From NCBI GenBank assembly GCA_026026165.1, contig JAPEUD010000009.1, positions 434,001 through 498,000 on the forward strand: 64,000 bases of DNA, written 5' to 3'. Made by a program: the position numbers and the translations under genes. The notes beneath the pieces are model-generated. The model searched no databases. It worked only from the letters and a program-made list of their open reading frames with translations, and had not been told where the DNA came from. Below, one piece after another: positions 25,058 through 38,551 of this stretch (the first letter of the stretch is position 1; each line of letters begins with the position of its first letter). Source of the DNA: Sarea resinae. Taxonomy: Eukaryota.

Positions 25058-25701
25058 TTCGATCGGCCGATCCCAGATGAGATCTTTCTTGTAGGAGGGC
25101 CCGCAGGCAAGGTCATCGATGGCCAAATCGGGATGGGCCGCAGGTTTGACGCGGTCAGACGTGGACTGTAGGAAGCTTTGAGCAGCTATACCGAGCTCAT
25201 AACAAGCGGCGACGATGATAGTGATAAAAAATGAAGTGAAGGCACGTCGTTGAACGGGGTGGACTTTCGAGTATGAATGACTTTGGAAAAGAGGTGAGTA
25301 ACAAGAGCACGGAAGGAGTTTGAAAGAGCTCGTCGAACAAATGGAGATAGAGATGGGAGACAAGACAGAGACAGAGCCAGAGCCCAATCCATTGGATATT
25401 CCGTAGAGGAAACAGCGATCCGTCATTCACGAGTCACTAGTCCCGATCTAGTAAGGTGTGAAAAGCGGTACGTACAGTACCGACTCCAAGACGTGCACAC
25501 ACCGGACATGGGGGAGCGAGCGACTGGGGAACCTGCTGAACGTCAATTCAGACCTCAATTCACCACCTGCAATCCACCTCCACCCCCGACCGCATTGATA
25601 CCAAATTCAACTCCTCTCCAGGTGCGTCTTCTGATTGCAGAGTGCCCCTCATGATGTTCGCCGACCTCATTGACGTGAAAGCAGTAGCAAAGCTGTCGAT
25701 C

Positions 25702-25922
25702 ATGGCGGCTGGCAACCATCCCGTACATGTCCACCCGCCACGGGCCTTTTACAGATTCTCCGCCACGTTCCTTGGCGCCAGCATGTGGTTCTTCGTAAGT
25801 CTTCTCCATCGAGGCAACTCAGCATATGCCACATTCCACTCTGACTCCCTGGCTAGCTGATGTACCGAGCGAAGAAAGATGGCCCGGCTCTACTGGGATG
25901 GAAGCATCCATGGGATCATTGA
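25702..25922 (+). CDS. NDUFB2: NADH:ubiquinone oxidoreductase subunit NDUFB2 (AGGG), 52 aa
   Basis: Exon 25702-25794, intron 25795-25856 (GTAAGT..CTGAC..TAG), exon 25857-25922 give MAAGNHPVHVHPPRAFYRFSATFLGASMWFFLMYRAKKDGPALLGWKHPWDH*. Likely 5'-UTR intron at about 25622-25684. Confidence 0.88.
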
Positions 25923-26230
25923 AGAACGACTACGATGGGGGCTGGGTTCGGATGGAAGGATCGATCGATCGATCGACGTGTATAGTGCCTGGTGATTATT
26001 GGCATCTCCTCGGTGGTGGTAGTAAGGAGGAGGGATAGCTTCATGGCGAAAGGATTCCTATTAGAGGTCGATCGGCTCACTCACCTTGGGGTGGTACACC
26101 ATGAATAAATCGAAGAATCACAATGGTCACGCGCCAGATACATACAACTGCAGAGTCCTACTTGGTGCGAGATGCTGTGAAGAAAGCTCGATACGTCGCG
26201 TCTACGGTCATTGACTACCTAGGTAGGTAT

Positions 26231-27427
26231 CTAGGCTTTAGCGCCTGGCCGTTCAAACAGATAATGCGAAACTCCCCAGGTGTCACCATTCTCGTATGCA
26301 AAGAGCTCTGCACAGGCCATGTAGAAGATCTGCCATCTATGAAACCAAGTGGCGGCATGGGTTTTCCCATACGTCTCCTCGAGATGCGGCCAAATTTCCC
26401 CCTTGTGGGCATTCATCTTTGACAGCCAGTCCTATCACCCGATATCAATACTGAATCGTTGCTGGGATGGAAAAGTATGCCACTAACCTCACATGTTTTT
26501 GCATAGTGTTGTCCGGACACCCACCACTGGTCTTCTAACCTGAGATCTTTTTGGAAGTACAACAGCAAATCTGCTGATGGCATTGTCCCACCAGAGAAGA
26601 AATGCGTGCTCATCCATCCGTCTTCGAAGTCGTATGGAGTGCTCTTATGAGAAAACAGATGAACGAAAAGCTTTCCCCCTGGTTTCAAGGCGCGAGCAAC
26701 CTTCGCCATCAGAAGTTCATAATTCTTCATGTGCTCAAACAATTCGATGGACACTACGCGGTCATAATGTGCCTCCTCGAAATTATAGTCTACGACGTTG
26801 CCCGTGACGGTCGAGAGGTTTGTGAGAGACTTGGTCCGTGCCTGCTGATCGATGTATTCCTTTTGTGTCTTAGAGTTGGAGAAAGCGACGACCTTGGAAC
26901 TTGGGAATATCTCCGCGATGTACAACGCGGCCGAACCCCAGCCACAGCTAGAATTATTAGCATATTCTGAGATGAGAACGGAGAAGATAATTCTTCTCAC
27001 TGACCCTAGGTCCAGTATGTTTTGTCCGTCTTTGAGACCCGCTCTTTGTACATATTTTTCCAGCATAGCGATCTCTGCTTGCGCTAGAGTTTCGCCACCC
27101 TTCTCATAGAGGCAGCAAGAGTATTTCATCCTTGGTCCGAGACAAGCAGCCAAGACTCCGGTGCCTACCTCATAGTGCTGCTGGTTGGCAGCTTCTGTTT
27201 CGATAGCTATAGGACGCATGCGTAATGCCCGGACATACTCCATCTTGACTCTGTAAGCATCTTCCAACGAGGTTGCCCGAATCGTCTCGATACGTTCACG
27301 CAATTGACGGCGAATGCCAATGCGGATGATTGGCGATGGCAAATAACCACCGTCCAAAACCCAATCTGTTGTGCCATTAGAAGTGCATTTTGGGCAGCAG
27401 GAAACTATGCTGACCGTAGTCCACCAT
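26231..27427 (-). CDS. SAM-dependent methyltransferase (cyclopropane-fatty-acyl synthase / coclaurine N-methyltransferase-like)
   Basis: [80 protein letters not shown]. Three introns. Confidence 0.9.
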
Positions 27428-27864
27428 CGTTCTCGTCAAGATAGATGATTGTAAATCGTCAGGGTAGACTAATAGTTGTTGAGACCTCAAGTTGGTCAAA
27501 TAAGCCTTGAGTTCTGTGATTGCGATAGGCCTGATACCCCCAAGTTCACTGACTAATTTCTCAAGGACCGGGTTCGTTCACCTCGAACGCTGATATTTCA
27601 AATCCAAGGTTACCTTCCATGTTATATCAATGGTCGTGGCCGTGGGTGCCTACGCCGAGGATGAATGCTCGTGCATAAATAATGACGTCACTTTGACCGG
27701 TTACGACAGGTATTTAATGATGAGGTTTGGCCCAAGAAAAGCTCGATGAATTATAACAGTGCAATGCCGTCCACTTTTAAGGTCAACGGCTTCAGTATTT
27801 ATTCCTATGCGCGGATATAATATATAACAAAAGCGAGCGATCTTAGTTTGGAAGGCCTGAGGCT

Positions 27865-30800
27865 TCAGAAGCGCATATCCTCTAGGAGCAACTTGTAGCG
27901 CTTTCGTCGCTTCCGGCGGTCTGGCCGCAATAATTCTTTGGCCCTGCCAAACGCTTTCGCTAATCTGGGGAAGATCCATTTCTCCGAGATCCAGGAACAG
28001 GCGAGACCACCTATTCCCAACACGACGATGAAGAATTTGAAACCAATCGACATGCCCGTGAGCTGCATGAAGTTGAAGAGCCATTTAGCTGGATCGAAGA
28101 CCATGTAAGATGTGAGAAGCAGCGCAACTACGATCGTGACCACAAAAGGTACTACATTATTAGTTAGCTGCTTTTCATCCTAGACGACAATAAGCTCAGA
28201 GAGCCTTACCATTATTTGACATGGGCTGCCGAAAAGGTGGCCCGACGCTCAGAACTACAGCCGTGAGGATGTATTGATAGCAAGATACGAGAAACAATGT
28301 AGTGTTTTCTGAGTTCGGGATGCTCGATTTCTCCAGGTCTAGCTTTGGAGGGATGAACCTACGGCCATGTCAGCTTAGCAAGAATGCCTTGAGAGGAGTG
28401 ACTAAAGGTACCATGGCTGTCTCTTGACGGCCTCGAAGCCAATCAGTTGAAAGAGGAAACAAATTACGATTTGACCGAGCAATGGTGTCAGAACTTTGCG
28501 CGATACAAGGCTTGCAGTTGGTCGTTTGCGGGTAAGCACTGGATATGCCCCTGTCCATCCCACTGTCGCCGAGCGTTAAAAGGTGAAAGCTACAACATAT
28601 ACTGTACTTACTAAAGATAGCTATCGGAAGGATCAAAAGTAGGTCGATAAACAGAAACTAAACTATTATGAGGGATGATTCATTTAGAGGGCCTTTGAAA
28701 AAACATACCTGAAAGTCTCCCAAGTTGGAGGCTGACGCATATAGAAAGCTTACTGAAGTAAACTGGATGGCGGAATAAAGACTCATATATTTGAAACAGC
28801 TGAAGCTGGTGACTAACGCAGCCCGGCCCTCACTGTACATGGTTAGAATGGCCGAAAGTAGGCAAAGACAATACTACGTACCGGATGACCTGGGGGACAC
28901 AAGATATATCGAAAACTCGGCTTGTGAATGGTGCGGCTACTGATGCTTCGGCTTCAGACAAGGAGATGCCAACATCCGCGGCTTTGAGCGCGCCACAGTC
29001 GTTGGCACCATCTCCGCAGAATCCGCAACAGTAATCTATGCTCTGGAGTTTCTCCACAAGTTCATGCTTCTCGTCTGGTGACATGCGAGCAAAGACTTGC
29101 CCACAAACCAGCATCTACTTGCCATTAATTAAATTCCCAAAAACAATTTTGAGGGCTTACTCTTTCAAGGACCGTTTCAGGAGCATAATCAATAATCCAT
29201 CGGAAAACGTCGCCACTAACGGCTATGGAGTAGTTTCGCAGGTTCGACACATCATAGGGCAGGGAAGCATCGCTTTCGGCCGGCGGAGGTAGAGGCTAAT
29301 TCTGAGTAAGGATCTTACTTAAGGGGGGCTCAGGCTTACCAAGAGCGTGTATTCATCAAGCTGGTAGATTGGATTGTCTACGCTCTCCCAGCATAATCGG
29401 GCTTTTGGTGTCTGTGAGTCCCCTTCAAGAGTGTGAGTAAACTTTCAGAGCCCGAGCTGAGGATTATGCTCGTACCTTCTATGAAATGTGGCACAAAGCA
29501 ATGAGCGGTTCGATCAATGAGAGTGCATTCTCTTGCCACGCTGATCGCTGTCAAGATATTATCACCAGTGCACATGATTTTCCTGATTCTGGCTTCGCCA
29601 AGCTCCTGTATAATGCTTGTAGTAATAGGCTTCAGTTTGTTCTCGAAAATGATGAATCCCACGAAGTGGAGACCTGATTCGGCTTCGGATCGCTGCATCT
29701 TCTGGGCCTTGATCCAATTCAATTTTGGTATATGTTTAGTAGCGCAGGCAATCACCCTAAAGCCACGGTGGGTGTAGTAGCTTAAGAGATCCTCGTAATC
29801 AGACGGGACTGTCGGGAATTGGTCAAATTAGTGCATCGATAGGAGAGGCGGTAGGACTGACAGCTATCGGGACGACATATTTCTTTCATGCATTCAGGTG
29901 CACCCTTTACGTAGACATCTCCTCCAGGGGCGCCAAACTGTCGCACGATAACGCTAGCCCTGCGAAGCTGTGCCATGAATTCGAAGGATTTCAAGACGCC
30001 CAGCTCCAAAGGGTTTCTCTGACAATCCATCAACGATGTAAAAAAGAAAGTCTCGGAGAAGAATCTCACATGGGTAGCTTCATTATCGTCACCAATTTCG
30101 TACTCCATACCGGCCGGTGGCCTCGCAACGGAAGGTGAAAGCTTGTTTTGATCATCTTCTTCAGCGCCGGGCTTATGTTCTCCTTCTTCAAACGACCATC
30201 CCGTAAAATCGAACATCTTCACATCTAGGGGATCACCGACGAGCTCGTTATCGACGGACCTAAGAGAATGGCAAGTAGCCATAGTGTACAGTATTGCTTT
30301 GTGTAGATTATAATCAAGCGTGGGGTCACGCTCGTATAAAGCACCTGGGAGGACTGCGGATGGATCATTTAGGAGCTCGCTGAATCTAATAAGTGTAAGC
30401 AGAATGATCTTCGGTCGTGAGAGCGCTGTTACCTTTGAGAAGGCCGCTCCACTACTCTCAAACCAAGAACGTCAAGACCGTCTTCCGTTAGAGTTCCTGT
30501 TTTGTCAAAACAAACGACATCGAGTTTGCCACCCACATTAACCCTATAAAAGTTAGACAGACGTTGAACTATGATATCTTGAACACAAATGATTCACCTC
30601 TGAGGGCTGATGCAGAAGATCTTATCTTTCCTCAACCGTGCGAGTGCAAAGTTGGTCCCTATCGTGAGCGTCGCTGGTAACGCTGGTGGTACGACGATAG
30701 TAATCAGGTCCAATGCGCGAACTATGATGAGATGCCATGCCAGCTACTGCAATCAGCTTATGCTAATCCTTGGCTTTACCAGTGGATGATACCTCTAGTC

Positions 30801-32909
30801 TGACGAAATTAATGAACGAAGCGACGAAACCGAGGGCGGCTATGCCGGCCATGACTGATATATATCGGAAGGAGTCTCTATAGAACTTAAAGCCGGATGG
30901 TTTCGGAAAGAGCATTGAGCGAATCAATGCCCCCTTCGTAGTATTGAAGCCTGTTCGGACGGTCAAGGCCAGGGCCACGGCTTCATCGTCGCCGTCACCC
31001 TGAGGTCTTCTCGCTCGAATGATCTTAGTGCCGCAGAATAGAAAATGTTTGGCGACATCCGGGGGAATCGAAGAGGCACCGGGATCTAGTGTCTCCAAAG
31101 ACTCGTCGGTGGCCGGGAGCTTAGATACCGGCACAGACTCGCCTTGAGAATAATGTCAGAGGCTCTTATCGGATTCGGCGGGGGTGTCCATGGTACCAAC
31201 CTGTAAGCATACTTTCATTGACTATACAGTCTCCAGCTAACAAAAGACTGTCGCAAGGGAAGTGCGTCAATGACGGATCCGTCACCTCGTAAACATCGCC
31301 CGGGACAAGCTCGCTGGAACCAACGTATCTCCCTATAAGAAAATGATGAGCTGTGTAAAAAAGCCCTGGATTCAAGGCGGCCCTTACAAAATCCATTTCT
31401 CAAGACACGAATATCGCATTCGAATTTCGAAATTTCGCGTAGACGTCTCAACGTCTGAAAGTAATCAGTCTACCTTTCTAGAGTATACGCGAATCTGATC
31501 TTACAGTTTTGGTCTCAATCAAAGTTGTCGTAATGCTGACTACGGAAATAAGGAAGATGCATGCTGCGTAATAGTAGTACTCATCCAAAGACCAGAGGAT
31601 CAAACTAGCAATTTGGAAGACGTAGAACGGGTGAAAAGCCTGTGCGAATTGATTAGTGCGAATCGGTGGGATGAAGCATGGTCATCCGCTTGTCGGCCCA
31701 TACCTCGTCTACGAGAAGCTGCGGGATCGACTTTTCTTGTATATCGAGATTGTTTTCTCCAAACACTTGTGCTCGCTTTTCCTTTTCATCTCCGTCCAGA
31801 CCAACACGAACGGCCTTTACATCAGTCCAGCCTGGATCTTTCCACTTATTGCTGAGCACAAATTTGTCTTTGAGAGGATGATAGCAGAATCTGATATAGC
31901 GATAGTCGAGTGATCGCAGGTTGTTGATTACTGGGTCATCGTTGTCGTCGTAATCCTGGAGCCGACCTTTTTCCTTGTACCCGAAGACACTTGATACAGG
32001 GAGTCCATACTTTTGCTTAGAGACATCGAGTACGCCGAACTCTCCCCATTCATTCTATCAGGCTTCAGTGGGCTATCTTAAGAACGAGATCGAAAATACT
32101 TACTTCAACGACAACCCATGTGCAAGCTCGTAGTGGTGATGGAGAGCCTATCAGGCGCACTCTCCACCGTGGCAGCCACCGAAAGAGCAAAAACCCCAAG
32201 CCAAGCGTTAAGGTGCAGATGATAGCGTAGACGACGAAGCCAATCATGCTTGTAGTGAAGCCAGCCACAACGATGGTCAGATCCTCAGTCAAAATATATA
32301 TCTTTTGACTGATTCTGCCCGCCCGTCGAGAGCCGCTCGCATCTGTAGTTGCTGAGTCGTGACGTGTGAGTAAAGAGTCTTGCGCCGATAGTCTGGAATA
32401 GGTTGAGGATTTGCGATGGTGGCGGGAAATGCTCTGAGACTCTAGATCGATATCATTGCCCCCTAACTCATCTTCATCTTCAGAGTCGTCGACAATCGCT
32501 TCATCTTCGGGCCATTCTACTGGCTCCTCGTCCTCCTGGAAGTAAGCAAAACTAGCCGTTGAACCGGTCCGAGTTCGATGATGCGCAAAAGAGGCGATAC
32601 TCGTGGGAACGCTCTCCGACATTGGGCCCGCAAAGACCTATGGGTGATATTGATCAGCTTCAAGCCCGGGTAGAGCTGTATGCTATCTATGAATTCAAAC
32701 CTCGTCATGGGCCATCTCCACGTCGGAGAAGAGGCTAGCACTGTTCGGCCTGGCATCAGTAAAGACCACGAGGGTTGAAAATGCTTGACCGACTTGCTAA
32801 CGTTCGACTCTCGTCGATAGAGCTGTCCAGAGCGCGAATAGGGTCGGCCGCTGGCGATGGAGCTACTTCGTCGCGGATGGCTCTCTGGCCGGGGATCTTG
32901 TCCGTCCAT
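27865..32909 (-). CDS. YPK9: P5B-type ATPase (Ypk9/ATP13A-like)
   Basis: [15 protein letters not shown] (P5B signature; P5A has PPELP), [45 protein letters not shown]. Many introns. Start codon is tentative. Confidence 0.9.
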
Positions 32910-34255
32910 GGTGGATGTAGCCGTGCAATTAGGACGAGAGTCTGCCTGGGGCCAAGCAGTATCGCCGACGATGCTATGGATGCATCTTGCGATTGTAGAG
33001 AGGGAATGATGATATCCTCAATGGATCTGTTTCGTGATATTGGACATGAGGTAGGTTTTCATCCGCAAACGTGGAACAATTCTGATATCTCCAGCTACGA
33101 CATACAATTACTACTTTGTACTTTCGTTATCTTTGGGCGTCCGCCCATACTGCAGTAAGGTAAGGTACAGACTAGGTACCTAAGGTACTGGTTATTCAGG
33201 TCGCATGGCCTGGGGGCTCAGGTTCAAGCGCTATCACTTACTGCGAAGTGCGCAGTACATTGGTTTGCCTGATACTTAATGTACCCACCTAAGTACGTCA
33301 AAGTGGTACTCTTCCTGTATCTTCTCTTCAGACTTCCAATGTTTATCTCATCTCTACCTAGGAGGTAGGTACCTATCATAGAAGAATCTGGCTAGATCAC
33401 TACTTCGATTACTACAGCAGGTATGAATTGGAGAGGGGAAAACTCCACTGTCATAGAGTAGTGGATAGTATGGTGCTGGAGAACCGGGAGATGAGAGTGA
33501 CTCATCTGGATCCCCTCGCGCCCCGTACCATTCCTTCAATTTGTTCTGGGCCTCTCAGCTCCTGGGCTGCTATTCACTCGTTCGGAGTCGCTCCCCCACC
33601 AAGCATCTATAGATCCTTGCTAAGAACCGGACTCCACCGATAGAGGTCCATGGCCAGTAAAGAAACTTCCTTAGACTGGTTGGCCATCGTAGAACGCGGT
33701 AAGGTCTAGCAGACAGCTGTGAAAATTCAATCGGTGGAAGCAGACCGGTCTACCTATGATACTATTGTTATTACCTGTTTTCCAAGGGATTCGTATACTT
33801 CGCACCGTACCAACTACTGATTACGATTAGTCTACCATTGATTTCGTACTCTTACCAATTCTACCTTACTTCAAAGTTCCCCAGCCCTCAATTGCTCAGG
33901 CAAAACCGAGACTGTCAGCAGGGTAACCCTACGGAGTACTCTGCGCTTGCCTCGAGGTAGTCATCATTCACCCTGAGGGGATACATCTATAAAGACAGGT
34001 ACGGTGAGGTAAAGTCAAGTACCTCTTCTGAACCAAGAAGCCAACGCTCTCGCCGCCCGCCGCACAGCAGAACCGCTTAGCGCGTCGATTGTACTCAAGA
34101 ATTTCCTCAACGCCGCCTCAACCTTCAAACGCATCTTCACCGCCCACCACCTCCTTCCCAGTCTCTCGCCTCTTTTTGTGCATCATTCGCACAGCATCTC
34201 CGAACCTTTCGATATCAAGAGCCATCCGTCGAGCAATCCTCGGCTTTTATTCATC

Positions 34256-35784
34256 ATGTCGGAGCCTATTCGAAACAAGAAGCCCGATATCCCTACAGCC
34301 CCGTAAGTTTCGCCTGATGTTGCTGCAACTGAATATGACTTTCCTTTGCGATAGTTGTGGATTTGGTTGTATCGACAACTTTTACTAATCTGGATTGTCA
34401 GAACTCCTCAAAATACCCCAGCGAGCAATGCTCCCATATCATCTCACGCTCAACAACCGGGAGTGTCCAGCATTTCCGAGGGTACGTAATCTCATTCTCC
34501 TTCAGCTTGATAAGACAGGTGAAGTAGTCGCTGACAGCTGGCTGGTGTTGTAGAGGATTTCGAGCGTCAGGCTGCTGCGTCCATCTTCGCTCAGAATCCA
34601 AAGCTGGTGTCCATGATCCAGGGCAAGCTTGGCTCATTAGTGGGCCGCTCATCGGGATACATCGAATCACTTCCTGCTCCGGTCCGTCGTCGCGTTGCTG
34701 GACTTAAAGGCGTCCAAAAAGAGCACTCCAAGCTCGAAGCAGAGTTCCAAGAGGAGGTGCTTCAATTAGAGAAGAAGTACTTTGCCAAATTCACTCCTCT
34801 TTATGAGAAGCGTGCCAAGATTGTAAACGGTCTTCAAGAGCCGAGTCCGGAAGAAATCGAGGCTGGGGAGCAGGATGACGAAGAAGAAGAAGAAGAAGAA
34901 GAAGATGGCGAGGCTGCGAAACCTGTGGCTAGCGAGGTGGAAAAGAAGGAAGAGTCTACTGAATCAATGACTGGTATCCCCGAATTTTGGCTTTCAGCTA
35001 TGAAGAACCAAATTTCTCTTGCGGAAATGATCACCGATAGGGACGAGGCTGCGCTGAAGTCTCTCACTGATGTTCGCATGGAATACTTGGACCGCCCGGG
35101 ATTCCGCTTAATCTTCGAATTTGCCGACAATGAGTTCTTCACAAATAAGACGATCAGCAAGACCTATTACTACCACGAGGAGAGCGGCTATGGTGGCGAT
35201 TTCATTTACGATCACGCTGATGGCGATAAGATCGACTGGAAGGCCGGCAAGGATCTAACGGTCAGAGTGGAGAGCAAGAAGCAACGAAACAAGAGTCAGC
35301 ATCCCTATGAAAGCTTCGTTCCTTTATCGATTATGTGCTGACTCCACTTTTCGCAGATACCAAGCAGACTCGAGTCGTCAAGAAGACTGTTCCTACTGAA
35401 TCATTCTTCAACTTTTTCTCACCTCCGAAGGCACCCACAGAGGAAGATGATGATGATGCCGCAACTGATATTGAGGAACGCTTGGAGCTTGATTATCAAC
35501 TAGGAGAAGATATCAAGGAGAAGCTCATCCCTCGGGCTATTGACTGGTTCACTGGTGAGGCTCTACAGTTTGAAGAGCTAGACGAAGAGCTCGATGAGGG
35601 AGATTTCGAAGATGAGGACGATGAGGAAGACGAAGACCTAAGCGAGGACCGCGACGAGGATGACGAGTCTGAAGAAGAGGTACTTTTCTTGCAAAGACGC
35701 CCAGGATATCAATACTGACTGTACATTCTCCAGGACGATAATTCGAAGCCCAAGCAGGAAGCTGCAGAGTGCAAGCAGAGCTAG
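34256..35784 (+). CDS. NAP1: Nucleosome assembly protein 1
   Basis: [71 protein letters not shown], acidic tail, ends AAECKQS*. Confidence 0.95.
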
Positions 35785-36821
35785 ACTGTTGATACTATCA
35801 TCTGAGCGCCTCAGACGCTGCGTGAGTGGTGCAACCTACATCCGCAAGGTTATTTCTGCAGATATCTGGGTATCTCTAGCCGTCTTCACACAAGGCCGAA
35901 CGCGTGCTACAGGTTCTGTTCTGGAGACGTCGTGCTCTGCCATCTTTCTCGGTCAATTCAGTGGTGTTTTCATGATCTTTCTGCATGATAGTTGATTTGC
36001 TACGTCTTAATTAGAGGAGTCGAGCTAGACCCTCATGTACCAATTGGCCGAGTCACTACAGTCTTCCCTTGCGAACTGCTGTGTGCAGATTTACTGACCC
36101 GTATTCGTGGATGGCTCTTACCTCGCAATCTGTCTATGACGAGCGGCCTGTCGGGCTTAATTCACACTACCGATCCTTTAGTGCAAGCGTCGCCCAAAAG
36201 TCTGTTTAGAAAAAGCTCGATATGCAATAATGATATGTTCTCTCGACCTTGGCAAATCTAATTCTGCGTTGCTGCTCGGAGCAGCTAGGAGGGGTCCCTT
36301 TTCCAACAAGAACGAAAACGGGGTTCCTCGAATCGTGGCCGATACCTCCCTCATACATGGCATTCGAAACCTTTCGCGATCCTACAACTTTTTCCTTTTT
36401 ATATAGGATGTCTCTCTGATATGTAGCTGGAGCGAATAAATTAATTCATCTGCAGCATGTGTCATTATGATCTTACGTCCTAGACTTACTAGTGACCGAA
36501 TAAGTGTGGAGGTCGATGGCGCAATAGTAGTCGTTGAGGAAGAGTTTTGAAAGTAAGGTACCTACTCCTAGTAAGGTAGGCAATGTAGGCATGTACGAAG
36601 TACGAAGTACTTGCTCCGACCGGAGGAGAACTCTCGTAAATCGGCGACTTTGAGAAGAGTCAGAGTTTCCGAGTAAGATATACGAAGTACTTCGTGTACA
36701 TATATATACCTTTTATATGCGTCTAGGGCCGCCGAGACCTTCAACTTGACTCTGAAGACTCTCTTGGTCACATCCCTCTACTCAATCCCCAAGAAAAGCA
36801 CCACCTGTCCTGCCACTCAAG

Positions 36822-38551
36822 ATGGTCTCCCCTGCCCTTGACATTCCCGCAATTGGACAGGCTCCCATTGCACGCCGTGTTTCGAACAGCTGGAGCGCTT
36901 CCGCTTCACCTGTAGCAAGTTTCCATTCTCCTCCCTCAAGCTTCGGTGCCCTTCGGAAAGCATCCGCGAAGCAACTAAAACCATTTGCAACTGAAGATAT
37001 CAAGATTCTGCTATTAGAGAATGTCAACCAAACCGGTCGCGATATCCTCTCAAAGCAAGGCTATCAAGTTGAGCATTTAAAGTCCTCTTTGCCAGAGGAT
37101 CAGCTCATTGAGAAAATCAGGTGGGGTGGCTCTTATCGATAAAGCGAGTAACCGGACTGACAGGGTATCACAGAGACGTACATGTCATTGGCATCCGTTC
37201 GAAAACGAAGCTCACGGCCAAAGTTCTCCAGGAGGCTAAGAATTTGATCGTCGTTGGATGCTTTTGCATTGGCACTAACCAGGTCGATCTCCAATATGCT
37301 GCAGAGCATGGAATAGCCGTCTTCAATTCTCCTTTCAGCAACTCCCGCAGCGTTGCCGAGCTCGTCATAGCGGAAATCGTCGCTCTTGCCCGACAGTTGG
37401 GAGATCGGTCCAATGAGTTGCACAATGGCACATGGAACAAAGTGAGCAGTGGATGCTGGGAGGTCCGGGGCAAAACTTTAGGTGCGGAGCTCTCTGAAAG
37501 CCGCCCCGGCGACCAGTCTCTGATCTAGACACTAGGAATTATCGGCTACGGTCACATTGGCTCGCAACTATCCGTTTTGGCAGAGGCCATGGGCATGACC
37601 GTCATCTACTATGACGTCGTGAATCTGATGGCGATGGGAACCGCTCGTCAGGTACCGACCCTTGAGGCATTGTTGTCAGGGGCAGACTTCATCACCTGCC
37701 ACGTCCCTGAACTACCCGAGACGAAGAACATGATCAGCACGAAGCAATTCGAGCTTATGCGTACGGGAAGCTATTTGATCAACGCCAGTCGAGGTAGTGT
37801 TGTTGATATTCCTGCCTTGATCAGTGCTTCTCGTCTCGGCAAGATTGCTGGCGCTGCACTGGACGTCTATCCGAGCGAACCTGCTGGCAACGGTGACTAT
37901 TTCACCAGCGATCTCAATACTTGGACTGAGGACCTGAGAGGTCTGAAGAACATTATCCTCACTCCGCACATAGGTGGCAGCACTGAAGAAGCACAAAGTG
38001 CAATCGGAGTCGAAGTGGCTGAGGCACTAGTCCGTTACGTCAATGAGGGGACCACGCTTGGCGCCGTCAACATGGCTGAAGTCAGCCTACGTTCTCTTAC
38101 TCTGGATGAGCCAGATCACGTCAGAGTAAGTTAATGCCTTTGTTGTAGGAAAAAGCTTACGGTCTTCCCTCAGGTAATTTATATTCATCACAACGTACCT
38201 GGAGTTCTACGAAGAGGTAAATGGCTGCTTCCAATCGCGAAGATGGTATTGATACTTATATCATTGTATTACAGTGAACGAGATCCTAGGGGATCATAAT
38301 GTCGACAAGCAAATGACTGACAGCAGAGGCGATGTGAGTAGAGATCTTTATCTCATTGTGCAGGACCGACTAACATAGCCTTAAGGTTGCCTATTTGATG
38401 GCAGATATTAGCGATGTAAATATAACCGGCATCAAAGACCTCTACGAAAGCTTAGAGAGCCTTAGCTGTAAGTGACATGGGCCTCAATCTATTCGGTATG
38501 CGTTTACTCATGACATCTTTAGCTCGTATCAAAACACGTGTGTTGTATTAG
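36822..38551 (+). CDS. SER3: D-3-phosphoglycerate dehydrogenase
   Basis: LKPFATEDIKILLLEN, IGIRSKT, GCFCIGTNQVDL, GYGHIG, INASRG, LTPHIGGSTEEAQ. C-terminal ACT domain in small exons ending ..TRVLY*. Confidence 0.95.

Noticed and set aside
25959..25974. (GATC)4 self-complementary run
   Set aside because: Short SSR in a 3' UTR with no further support.
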